Below are positions 28,544-37,634 of a DNA stretch of 64,000 nt, in pieces. Under the pieces are notes generated by a model that was given only the letters and a program-made list of their open reading frames with translations, was not told the DNA's origin and did not search any database. This DNA comes from a virus, in the IMG/VR virus record IMGVR_UViG_3300045253_000023, positions 64,001 through 128,000 of that record; one strand, 5' to 3'. The translations under genes and the position numbers were made by a program. The stretch's first letter is position 1. The number at the start of each line of letters is the position of its first letter.

Positions 28544-28897
28544 ATGTGTATGGTTTCAGCAGTTGGCGATTCTTGGCGTCCAATCACTCCTGGCATATGG
28601 CCATTACCAACTGGTCCGTATCCTGGTCCAGTTACTCCAAGACCAACCGTAGAACAGATTGATTCAATCTTTGATCGCATCAGCCGCGCTGAATTCGAGG
28701 CGCTGAAACGTGAGATTGAAGAACTCAAACAGCTGTTGACAGCAGCAAAGAAATTCGATGAAGCCACAGGCCAGAAAGACTGTGAGATGGAAGACAAGGT
28801 GCGCTTCCTGAAACAAATGGCAAAGCATCTGGGAGTTGATCTCAGTGATGTGTTTGATGCTAGAACCTTTGATGAAGAACCACTGATTCGCAACTGA
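28544..28897 (+). CDS. Hypothetical protein
   Basis: MCMVSAVGD...AAKKFDEATGQKDCE..K. Confidence 0.65.
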   Translation: MCMVSAVGDSWRPITPGIWPLPTGPYPGPVTPRPTVEQIDSIFDRISRAEFEALKREIEELKQLLTAAKKFDEATGQKDCEMEDKVRFLKQMAKHLGVDLSDVFDARTFDEEPLIRN

Positions 28898-28960
28898 AAA
28901 TTTCGCTTGACTTCTATATTGAATCAAGATAGAATATAGGTTCATTGATAGGAATCTGTT

Positions 28961-29470
28961 ATGAACACTTCTGAATTGGCAGCTACATCCAAACGTGATG
29001 GATATGCTACTGAAAGTTTATGTAAAGCAGTAGCATATTATGCTGGATATGATGTCGAACATACTGATCCGCATCAGAAACATGATGCTCGTTTCATTGA
29101 TCCTATTTCTCGTCAAGAATGGAAAGTTCAGATCAAGAAAGGTAGACTCAGTAAAGGTAACAAAGGATCGTTTGCTACTGTCGCAAACAAAGCTAGATAT
29201 GATCCAACTTCTGGTAGGAAAGTTCACGAAAAGATTCACTACACATCAACTCAGATTGATGCTTTCTTGACTTGGATTCCTGAGACTGGAACCTTTCATC
29301 TGATTCCATTTCATATTGCTGACAATCATTCCAAGGGAAGATTCTATTTTTCCATTGATGATTTCTTGTTTGGCAATATAACTTGTAAAGTCAAAGAATC
29401 AAACAAGAAACGAGTGTTTGCTGAACAAGAGTCAAGAAAAACCCCGAACATCTTTGATTTGGCTGACTAA
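28961..29470 (+). CDS. PD-(D/E)XK endonuclease, homing-like
   Basis: G...E, HD, KVQIK, Y....IDAF; own promoter. Confidence 0.65.
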   Translation: MNTSELAATSKRDGYATESLCKAVAYYAGYDVEHTDPHQKHDARFIDPISRQEWKVQIKKGRLSKGNKGSFATVANKARYDPTSGRKVHEKIHYTSTQIDAFLTWIPETGTFHLIPFHIADNHSKGRFYFSIDDFLFGNITCKVKESNKKRVFAEQESRKTPNIFDLAD

Positions 29471-29775
29471 GGATTCGCTATGGCGCTTGATATTGTTGTG
29501 GATGATCCACCTGTTGATTTGGTTGGTGTTGAGATCAGAGTTGGAGACACCATTGCTTTTGCCAAACGCGAAGGCAACTGTGCCACCTTGTGTCTTCGCA
29601 AGGTGCTTGAGGTTCGTTGCAAACAGGATCGATATTACAGCCACACTCATAAACAATGGGTTAGCGGCAACATTTACACCTTGTCCATATGCCCATTGAA
29701 TTCCAAATCAAAAGGCACGACACCAACTCTCAACAATGTGCTTGTTCTCAGCCGCGCAGATGGAACGAAATTGAT

Positions 29776-30102
29776 ATGAACAAAGAATTCGAAAAGACAT
29801 TCCTGACCAATACCGATGAGACAGGCCGATTCGTTGTTTCGTCTGTCAGAACTGGGCGTAAGTATTTTGTGGAAGCCATTGGTGATCCACATCGCAAATG
29901 GGGCTCAATCATCCCTGGCGATCCTTCTCACTTGGCAACCAAGAAAGGCGCAGGCAAGTATCGCGGTTCCATTGATGCTGAGAACAGCCTGATCTCTGAA
30001 GAAACTGGTTTCGTGAAGGTTCACGATCTTGAGCCTGGTATGAGTCCAATGGCCTACATTGACCATCTGGATGAACAGTATCCTGACAAACCACAAGCAT
30101 GA
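29776..30102 (+). CDS. Hypothetical protein
   Basis: FLTNTDETGRF..S.RTG..Y.VE.IG. Confidence 0.65.
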   Translation: MNKEFEKTFLTNTDETGRFVVSSVRTGRKYFVEAIGDPHRKWGSIIPGDPSHLATKKGAGKYRGSIDAENSLISEETGFVKVHDLEPGMSPMAYIDHLDEQYPDKPQA

Positions 30103-30234
30103 ATCCTTTTGTTTTCAACGAAAGGCTGACTGCCAAGTTGAATGAGATCAAGAGTCAGACATTGACTCCAGAACAAAAGAAACAAGCAGTGCATGAAGCA
30201 ATTGCATTGATGAAAGAAATTCAACAACAATTGC

Positions 30235-30307
30235 GCCCTTGCCAATAGGAATGGTGGTTGCCTCCTAAGCAACCGAGATGTGAGTTCGAGTCTCACCAAG
30301 GGCACCA
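30235..30307 (+). tRNA. tRNA-Arg(CCU), reduced D arm
   Basis: gttgc-CTCCTAA-gcaac. Confidence 0.8.
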
Positions 30308-30311
30308 ACAA

Positions 30312-30527
30312 ATTCAAGTTCCGAGCTATCGCGGGCAGTAACTCCTGTCTGAGGAAGTTCAGGACTGGCGCAAGGGACGTGTGGAAGATGGTACGGAACA
30401 TCGTTAACACCACCGTGATGATAGCCAGCAAGCCAAACAGAACTAGGGAATCTCTTGCCTATTGGTTCGGGTGGGTGCATAGTCGAATGATAGCATAAAA
30501 CAGAATCCTGGCTACGGGAACTTGAAT
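30312..30527 (+). ncRNA. rnpB: Minimal RNase P RNA
   Basis: P1, P2, P3, P4 with bulged U; GAGGAAGUUCAGGA, AGCAAG, GAAUGAUAGC, ACAGAAUCCUGGCUA. Confidence 0.85.
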
Positions 30528-30912
30528 CTCTCTTGAGGTATCCAATCATGATTGCGCGTTTGTATTTGTGGCTGTTTCCTTGGAGTTATTCTGAGAATGG
30601 ATTCAAGCGTTGGCATAAACTCTCAGGAGAATGTGAGGTTTCTTATTCCCAATGTCTCTATCCATACAAACCAATTTGGGAGAGATTTTCATGGGGCGAC
30701 AAGTAACATTGTATGATTTTCGTTGTGTTCAGATTCAGATTGGGGACGAGGTTGTTTTTGTTGATCAAAATGACTTCCGTGAAGCTGTTGTACATGACAT
30801 AACCGAGCGCGGGATTGTTGTCCTCACAAAGGATTCCCAAATGCTCACACTTGATCCTCTCAAGATTGTTGTTGTCGAGAGTTAATCAAGTCCAACACAG
30901 GAGATGTAAGAT

Positions 30913-31650
30913 ATGAATCGATTGTCAAAAATCTGTTTGTTTTTCGTTCTCGCGCTGAGCTCAGTGTTTGCTTTTGCTCAGTCCTGCCCAACCATCGCTT
31001 CAGCTGATGGCACTGTGGCGAACTTCACACAGCTGACAGGGCAGTCAAGCGTCAACTACTTCGGTGCTGGCACTGCTGTTCGTGATGTCACTTCATTCAA
31101 GTCTGTGTTCAATCTTCCAGCTGGTACAGCTGCTGAATGGCCAGGTGGCTATGGTACATTTGCCTCATTGAGTGTTCCTGGCAACAAGTATGTTTCGCTG
31201 GCGTTCAAGGTTGGCCCAAATGTGTTGCCAACAGCAGATTCACTTGCAACATCCATCTATGGTCGATACACAGTTGGTGAGAGTAGCTTTACAGCACCTG
31301 TCTCAATGACCATCAGCACTTCATGCGGTGACTTCAGCAATCCAAATGCTGCTGGTTCAACTGTTTTGAAGGGTTGTATTCTGAATCGAACCACAGCCAA
31401 CAATGGTCTTGCATGGCGCAATATTGCGAGCCAATATGGATGTCAGATTGAGAATGGCAAGTCGTATTACCTGAATCTGATCAATGCTGATATCACTGGT
31501 GTTCAACCAGGCGGCAAGGGTTCAGCAGCTTCATATTCAAACTTGACGTTTGCCAACAAGCAGAAGAATCCGCGTTGCCCAAATGGCACATGCACGATTC
31601 CAGTGTTGAATGGCTATGGCTCCTGGCCAGGCAATGTAAACCTTCCATAA
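30913..31650 (+). CDS. Secreted Cys-containing protein
   Basis: Signal peptide ending AFA; AGGAG RBS. Confidence 0.7.
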   Translation: MNRLSKICLFFVLALSSVFAFAQSCPTIASADGTVANFTQLTGQSSVNYFGAGTAVRDVTSFKSVFNLPAGTAAEWPGGYGTFASLSVPGNKYVSLAFKVGPNVLPTADSLATSIYGRYTVGESSFTAPVSMTISTSCGDFSNPNAAGSTVLKGCILNRTTANNGLAWRNIASQYGCQIENGKSYYLNLINADITGVQPGGKGSAASYSNLTFANKQKNPRCPNGTCTIPVLNGYGSWPGNVNLP

Positions 31651-31677
31651 ACGCGGAAAGTCTACAGAACCAAATTG

Positions 31678-31704
31678 ACAGGGAGCTCAGGCTCCCTGTT
31701 TTCT
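31678..31704 (+). terminator. Rho-independent terminator
   Basis: acagggagc/gctccctgt + T-run. Confidence 0.7.
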
Positions 31705-31774
31705 TGTTGGGCTTTACTTTCACTCGAAACTCAGGTATGATAGTTGAAATACAAAGGCTAAGTAGAACATCAAT

Positions 31775-31849
31775 TGGTCGCAAATCGATTGCAGCAGATA
31801 TGAGGCTTTGACCCTCAGTGACTAGGTTGGATTCCTAGGCGGCCAGCCA
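31775..31849 (+). tRNA. tRNA-Gln(UUG)
   Basis: tgagg-CTTTGAC-cctca, U1-A72, GCCA. Confidence 0.8.
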
Positions 31850-31989
31850 AATTCCATATATGAACAAGTTCAAACAATTCCTCTTCGATGATCGATATGG
31901 GCTTGCTGCCTTAGCAGCACTTGTTGGACTTGTCATCGCACTTTCGGCAATCGCTCACTATGTTGAGCATTTGCTGGGTATCAGATAAT

Positions 31990-32064
31990 TGGGGTGAGCA
32001 CAGGCGTAGGCAGAACTGCCTCTGAAGCAGTTTCTCGAAGTTTCGAATACTTCCACCCCAGCCA
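31990..32064 (+). tRNA. tRNA-Gln(CUG), irregular
   Basis: actgc-CTCTGAA-gcagt, GCCA. Confidence 0.7.
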
Positions 32065-32071
32065 ATACAAT

Positions 32072-32147
32072 TGGAGAAGAGTCGTCCAGGTGACGACAAC
32101 GGACTGTTAATCCGTGGAGGCTGGTTCGAGTCCAGCTTCTCCAGCCA
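32072..32147 (+). tRNA. tRNA-Asn(GUU)
   Basis: acgga-CTGTTAA-tccgt. Confidence 0.88.
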
Positions 32148-32156
32148 CAATTTAAT

Positions 32157-32245
32157 GGAGCGTGAACCAGCCAGGGCGCTGGAGCCGCTTGGAAAGCGTC
32201 CTGTTCGGGCAACTGAATGGTCTTCGATTGATCCGCGCTCCGCCA
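32157..32245 (+). tRNA. tRNA-Ser(GGA), 8/4 fold
   Basis: 8-bp acceptor stem, 4-bp T stem. Confidence 0.8.
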
Positions 32246-32253
32246 CAATTTAT

Positions 32254-32341
32254 GGAAGTGTAACTGTTCCGGGAACAGTCCTGCCTCGAAAACAGAGAGA
32301 ACCTGAAAGGGTTTGGGATTCGACTTCTCACATTTCCGCCA
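32254..32341 (+). tRNA. tRNA-Ser(CGA), 8/4 fold
   Basis: CTCGAAA loop, long variable arm. Confidence 0.78.
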
Positions 32342-32349
32342 AGTTTTAT

Positions 32350-32438
32350 GGAAGATGATCTGCTCTGGGAGCAGCCTTGTCTTGAAAACAAGTGGAACCA
32401 GCAATGGTTTGCAGTTCGATTCTAGCCTTCTTCCTCCA
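32350..32438 (+). tRNA. tRNA-Ser(UGA), irregular
   Basis: cttgt-CTTGAAA-acaag. Confidence 0.78.
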
Positions 32439-32447
32439 AATTATATA

Positions 32448-32530
32448 AGGATTGGTGCAGCCACCAACCAAAAGTATGCTCAAAACAACGAGCCTGTTTC
32501 ACCCCAGTAAATCCTGGGAATCCAATCCTG
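32448..32530 (+). ncRNA. CAGC-handle RNA 9
   Basis: aggattgg/ccaatcct stem + TGCAGCCACC. Confidence 0.7.
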
Positions 32531-32555
32531 AATCAACCACACAGGAAATTCTGTC

Positions 32556-33158
32556 ATGAGCACCGTGAAAAAGCCTCTGCCCAAACGCATCCTGTTTTTG
32601 GATGTTGATGGAGTTCTCAACTCCATGTGGTCCTTCCGCAACATCGGCCGCTCCTGGCCTCATTCCGATTCAAAGAAAACAGAAGCCACATACAAAACCA
32701 ACTGGATTCCTCGCGCAGTCGAGATCATCCAGAAGTTGGTCAATCATGATGAGTTCTACATTGTGATGTCATCCACATGGCGCAAGTTTGAAGACAATGC
32801 GTTCTTTGCCAAGCATCTTGGATTGCCATTGGATCGTTTCCTTGGCAACACACCTGAAGGCATTCCTGCCAATGGCAGGCTCGGAGTTGAGTACGTCATC
32901 CGTGGTCTTGAGATTGAGCACTGGTTCAAGGAAGCTATCAAGAACAAGAAGATTGATCCAAATGCCAATTACATCATCCTGGATGATGACAGCGACATGA
33001 CATTTGAGCAGAAGAAGAATCAGTTTGTCAAGACCCAGTTTGCCACCTACACTGGCAAGGATGATGAGAGCCATGGCTTGAATTGGGATCACTATGAGAT
33101 TGTGAAGACGTACATGTCTCAGTGGCCAGAGAACTCAGGTTCCCAGGCGAATAAGTAG
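32556..33158 (+). CDS. HAD phosphatase, Swiss-Army-knife RNA-repair type
   Basis: LFLDVDGVLN, SSTWR, RGLEI..W, IILDDDSDM. Confidence 0.85.
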   Translation: MSTVKKPLPKRILFLDVDGVLNSMWSFRNIGRSWPHSDSKKTEATYKTNWIPRAVEIIQKLVNHDEFYIVMSSTWRKFEDNAFFAKHLGLPLDRFLGNTPEGIPANGRLGVEYVIRGLEIEHWFKEAIKNKKIDPNANYIILDDDSDMTFEQKKNQFVKTQFATYTGKDDESHGLNWDHYEIVKTYMSQWPENSGSQANK

Positions 33159-33162
33159 AGGC

Positions 33163-33387
33163 ATGATCAAATCAATAGTTCTCTCAGCCATCCTGCTGGG
33201 CTCGATGGCTGGTTCCTCTCCACTACCATCAGTCCCAGTGTCATATCCATACAAGATGATCCTGACATTTCCGGATCGCAGCTTGGTGATATGTCCTGTG
33301 TCTGATTTTACACTTGATTATCTCACACTCACAGTGAATGCAGAAACCTGCGTCTCTGACAACATTTTCAAGAATGGGTTTGACTAG
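33163..33387 (+). CDS. Small secreted protein with DNIFKNGFD tail
   Basis: Signal peptide; C-terminal motif. Confidence 0.65.
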   Translation: MIKSIVLSAILLGSMAGSSPLPSVPVSYPYKMILTFPDRSLVICPVSDFTLDYLTLTVNAETCVSDNIFKNGFD

Positions 33388-33398
33388 GGAAAGTCACC

Positions 33399-33575
33399 AT
33401 GAAATTCAAGGACCATTATCTCACTGAGCATCTCCGCAAAGTCGGAGGCAAGTGGGCCATCGTATCGAAGTCAACTGGCAAACCTTTGCGATATTACAAA
33501 GGCGAAGGGAAACCATCCGCTGAATGGGTGGCACAACAAGAACGCTCGATCGAATACTTCAAACATCAAGGATAA
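33399..33575 (+). CDS. Small probable head protein (below ORF-track cutoff)
   Basis: MKFKDHYLTEHLRKVGGKW...ERSIEYFKH. Confidence 0.6.
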   Translation: MKFKDHYLTEHLRKVGGKWAIVSKSTGKPLRYYKGEGKPSAEWVAQQERSIEYFKHQG

Positions 33576-33717
33576 CACAACCATGAACGTACTCGTCCCA
33601 ATTCTGTTTTTCGGCGCACTGATTGCTTTCTTCGGATACAAGTATTACAAGAAGCATCACCCAACTGTTGCCCCACCAGCAGCAACTGACGCAACAAAAA
33701 AATAACAAGATTCATAT

Positions 33718-33792
33718 GCTCCTGTGGCGCAATGGCAGCGCATTTGTTTGGTAAACAAAAGGTCCTGAGTTCGATTCTCAGTTGGAGCACCA
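33718..33792 (+). tRNA. tRNA-Thr(GGU)
   Basis: TTGGTAA loop. Confidence 0.88.
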
Positions 33793-33796
33793 CTAT

Positions 33797-34237
33797 ATGA
33801 TAGAGACAATTGATATCAAGGATGTTGATCCCAAGTTGTTTGTTCAACTTGGCAGAATGACATTCCGTGATGGATCATTGATGCGCCAAGCATTGTATGA
33901 TCTTCGATCTGATCTCTATGGAAAGATGGGTGAGAACACGATGTATCCTCACAAGGGTGTCGTGTTCTTGCTTAAGATCAACAATGAGTTGGTAGGTTGG
34001 GCATTGACCCACCGTCAACTCTGCAAGATCACTCGCAAGTACGAGACACTTGGTATGTTGTGGGTCAAGACAAAGCATCGTCGCAAGGGTTATGGAACAG
34101 AGCTATACAATGCCATGTTCTATCATCACACCACAATGAGCAAATTCCAAGTCATCCCACATGATTACACCGCGAAGATGTTCTTCAGGAACTTTGGAAT
34201 CACATTCAAGGGAGTTGTTCCCATTGAACGCAAATAA
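33797..34237 (+). CDS. GNAT acetyltransferase
   Basis: WVKTKHRRKGYGTEL, AKMFF. Confidence 0.75.
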   Translation: MIETIDIKDVDPKLFVQLGRMTFRDGSLMRQALYDLRSDLYGKMGENTMYPHKGVVFLLKINNELVGWALTHRQLCKITRKYETLGMLWVKTKHRRKGYGTELYNAMFYHHTTMSKFQVIPHDYTAKMFFRNFGITFKGVVPIERK

Positions 34238-34249
34238 CAAGAGGACTGC

Positions 34250-34579
34250 ATGCCAATCTTTGAATATGACTGTGCTGAGTGTCATCAGGCGTCTGATATC
34301 CTTGTTAGACATGATTCTGACATTCCCCATTGCACTAAGTGTGGTTCTGTTAGGCTACATAGAAAGGTGTCTGCTCCCGCTTTTCATTTGAAAGGCAATG
34401 GCTGGTACAAGACGGACTTTGGTGGCAAGAAGAACCATCACACAGAACGTATTGATCATGAACCAGTCACCAAGATGGATAGTTACTTGGAAGATCGTTA
34501 TCGTGCCAATGACAAGGATGCTCATGGCGCCTTGAAGGCTGATGGTGAAAAGAATCTCAAGGATGGAGGAGTGCGATGA
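34250..34579 (+). CDS. FmdB-family zinc-ribbon protein
   Basis: MPIFEYDCAEC...CTKCG...FHLKGNGWYKTD. Confidence 0.9.
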   Translation: MPIFEYDCAECHQASDILVRHDSDIPHCTKCGSVRLHRKVSAPAFHLKGNGWYKTDFGGKKNHHTERIDHEPVTKMDSYLEDRYRANDKDAHGALKADGEKNLKDGGVR

Positions 34580-34741
34580 ACAACGGACAGGGCGATTGCA
34601 TCGATAAAGGCACTACAGATATCAAAGACCCAACAAGTTGCGATGATTATGAAGGTTTCTGACGACTTCGAAGGCTTCTAAAACAATGTTCGATGATGAT
34701 TATGAACCAGAGGAAGACATTGATCTCTGGGGCGACTTTCT

Positions 34742-34816
34742 GCTCTCAAAGCATAACTGGTGATGCAATCGCCTCGTAAGCGATAGAACTGGGTTCGATT
34801 CCTAGTGAGAGCACCA
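34742..34816 (+). tRNA. tRNA-Thr(CGU)
   Basis: atcgc-CTCGTAA-gcgat. Confidence 0.9.
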
Positions 34817-35153
34817 AATTGAGGTTGACATGATAGATGAGATCACAGTTGAAATCCAAGCAGAACTGAAAGCAGAATGGCCAGACAAGACCATTGTGTT
34901 TGATTCTGAGTACATCAGCAGAAATACTCCAGTTGGATTCTCTACTCGAAAACTCAATCATCATGTTGTTGGACCAGTAGAAACACTTATGATCAAACGA
35001 TTTGGACCAAATGGTCTTTTCGAAGAAGTGAAATATACTGGACCAATGGTCACAGCTTATAAGATTCGATACAAAGAAGAACAGCACAAGGTGATCATTG
35101 CATTGCTTGAAAAGATGCGCGGCCTTCCGGAAGAAACCATAATTTAGAACAAT

Positions 35154-35231
35154 GCGCCAGTAGTCCAATTGGTAGGAGACAACAGGCTTAGACCCTGAAC
35201 AGTGTCGGTTCGAATCCGACTTGGCGTACCA
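35154..35231 (+). tRNA. tRNA-Leu(UAG), short variable arm
   Basis: cagg-CTTAGAC-cctg. Confidence 0.88.
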
Positions 35232-35483
35232 AACAACATGGGAATTCACAATGCAACTTGACAATGAAGGTTTGACCCCAGAAACCAAGGCGCGAATTGA
35301 TGCACACCAGATCACTCTCAATGAGATGAAAGTCAAAGACCTTCATTTCTGCTGGGGTCCGGAAGCGCACAAGAAAACCAAAGAAGAACGTGCAATTGAA
35401 GTCTGCAAGGCTTTGGATGCAATCTTTGCTGGTGAATTCACTCCAGCGCCACCAATTGGCGATTCGAATCATATGGAGACAGC

Positions 35484-35909
35484 ATGAGTAGCAATGGTTG
35501 GATTGGGGTTGACTTTGATGGAACATTGGCGTTCTATGAGCGCAAGAAGTATCGCAGCGGTGAGGTTGGTCCACCAATTCCAAAAATGCTTGCTCGCGTC
35601 AAACAGATGCTTGAAGCAGGCAAGACAGTCAAGATTTTCACTGCTCGTGCGTATCCATTCACTGATGTGGATGCTGATGCTGACTACATGGCACTGCAGA
35701 TTTCAGCCAGAGCACTGCGCGGCGAACAAGCAGACAGAGCCAATGATGCGTTGCTGAACATTGCTGCCATCAGAACATTTTGTATGGATCATCTTGGACG
35801 AGTGCTCACAATCACTTGTGTCAAGGACTTCTACATGGATGAGTTGTGGGATGACCGCGCGATCCAGGTAGTTCATAACACTGGAGATCGTGCAGATGGC
35901 ACTCCGTAA
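35484..35909 (+). CDS. HAD-family phosphatase (PNKP 3'-phosphatase-like)
   Basis: WIGVDFDGTLA, IFTAR, LWDDRA. Confidence 0.8.
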   Translation: MSSNGWIGVDFDGTLAFYERKKYRSGEVGPPIPKMLARVKQMLEAGKTVKIFTARAYPFTDVDADADYMALQISARALRGEQADRANDALLNIAAIRTFCMDHLGRVLTITCVKDFYMDELWDDRAIQVVHNTGDRADGTP

Positions 35910-36325
35910 GAACGTCATTCAGGAATCAATGCGATTCTTGAAGAAGAGCATTTTGACAGAACAGGTTTCCCAGAAAGGCAATGATTTGTACATCAGTGTG
36001 TACAATGATCATATGGGTGTCTCCAAGGTTGAAAACTCAGCTGGAATGTTTCGATTCAGAATCAATGGTGAATTCATCAGACTGGATCAAAACCAGATGA
36101 ATGCACTCAGGAAGTTCATTTCATAAGGAAGTGGCAATATGACAACCAAGGTTGTAGTGATGCATGATCAACCCGAGTACGACAAGAAATTGCTTGTGCG
36201 TACAGTTCAACACGGTTCTGATTCCAATTGCCCTCATTATCAAGAGCAAACAGTTCAACCTGGTGCTCATCTGACATTCTGGGTGCATGCAAATCAGCAC
36301 TTGGTGATCAAGGAAATATAGGCAA

Positions 36326-36739
36326 ATGAAGTTCAAAGAATTCATTGACTTTTCGCCCGATTCAGACTATACTAAGATGAGGCACAGCAAGCCTCAAATC
36401 GACGATTACCCTGCCTTTGCGGATGACCTACATGCAAACAACATCGACTCCAGCGTCAGATTCGAATCAGCTGAAGACCTCATCCCTACGCAGAAGAATT
36501 TCAACGTGGCAAAGGTCAAGAAGTTTTACGATAATGATGAGGCTCGCACAGCTTTCCCTGTCACTATCTCTGAAGATAATTTCGTTGTCGACGGTCATCA
36601 TCGCTGGGCCGCATCGCTTCAGCATCGGGAAACAGTGAAATGCCATTGCATTGCGATGACACTCCAAGAATGTAACAAGTTCCTCAAGAACAAGCCTTAT
36701 ACAAGCAAGAGGGGTGTCAATGAAGATTTACAGCATTGA
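36326..36739 (+). CDS. ParB/Srx-like domain protein
   Basis: LIPTQ, ISEDNFVVDGHHRWAA. Confidence 0.75.
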   Translation: MKFKEFIDFSPDSDYTKMRHSKPQIDDYPAFADDLHANNIDSSVRFESAEDLIPTQKNFNVAKVKKFYDNDEARTAFPVTISEDNFVVDGHHRWAASLQHRETVKCHCIAMTLQECNKFLKNKPYTSKRGVNEDLQH

Positions 36740-36834
36740 GAACCTTGCAAATGGCAGGAAAGATTCTCCAGAAACAACTCAACGCAGAATAGCAGCACAA
36801 CGTAACAGAAGAAACCGTGAACAAATTCAATAAT

Positions 36835-36923
36835 GCCCTCTTGGTGTAATCAGGCAAACACGGACGTCTTAAACACGTCTTAAGCCATAAGGCTTGTCGG
36901 TTCGATCCCGACAGAGGGCACCA
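36835..36923 (+). tRNA. tRNA-Leu(UAA)
   Basis: gacgt-CTTAAAC-acgtc, long variable arm. Confidence 0.88.
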
Positions 36924-36956
36924 TCTCTTTTCGTCATATTCAGAAGGGTATTCATG

Positions 36957-37634
36957 ATGTGCGGAATAATTGGCATCGTTGCCACCAAGTCTTCGTTTCC
37001 GCTTGACAAATTCAAAGCACTTCTCCAAGAAGCCAAAATCCGTGGGCTGCATGCCACGGGATTGGCTTTTGTCGATTCTGGGAAGCTGGTTTGCGAACGT
37101 CAGGCCACCAGCGCAGAAACATTCAAGTTTCCCGAGGCAGTCGCCAAGAAGTCGACGCGGGTTGCCATTGCGCACACTCGCTACAGCACTTCGGACTTGA
37201 AGTTCAATCAGCCTATCTTTTCACCCACCAAAGCAGTTATACTAAACGGAGTGATCTCTCAAGCCGATCCTTCGGAGTGGAAGAAGCTATTTGGTGTTGA
37301 GTGCGAAGGTCGCAATGATGCAGAGATTGTGTTACGCCTGCTTGAGAAGCAAGAACATCCACTCAGTGTAGTGGACTCTTCACAGGCATGCATCTATGTT
37401 GACACTGAACTCAATGAGTTGAAGTTCTGGCGCAATGAACAGCGTCCACTGTATTGGCTGGAGACAGAAGATTGCTTGATTGTTGCTTCCACCAAGGACA
37501 TCTTCAAACGTGCTGGATTCAAACAAGCACCAAGCAATTGCACACCATGCGTGGAGTATGGCATCAATCTTCAATCTTTCAAACGCACCAGCCAAATCAT
37601 CCGCAAGGCAAATGAGGATTTACAGAATGTTTGA
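36957..37634 (+). CDS. Class II glutamine amidotransferase
   Basis: MCGIIG, RGLHATG, HTRYSTS, NQP, NGVI, RN..RPL. Confidence 0.9.
   Translation: MCGIIGIVATKSSFPLDKFKALLQEAKIRGLHATGLAFVDSGKLVCERQATSAETFKFPEAVAKKSTRVAIAHTRYSTSDLKFNQPIFSPTKAVILNGVISQADPSEWKKLFGVECEGRNDAEIVLRLLEKQEHPLSVVDSSQACIYVDTELNELKFWRNEQRPLYWLETEDCLIVASTKDIFKRAGFKQAPSNCTPCVEYGINLQSFKRTSQIIRKANEDLQNV

Noticed and set aside
11392-36923. Stop-codon reassignment or suppressor tRNAs
   Set aside because: No CUA/UCA/UUA anticodon found, and recognisable genes end normally at TAA, TAG and TGA.
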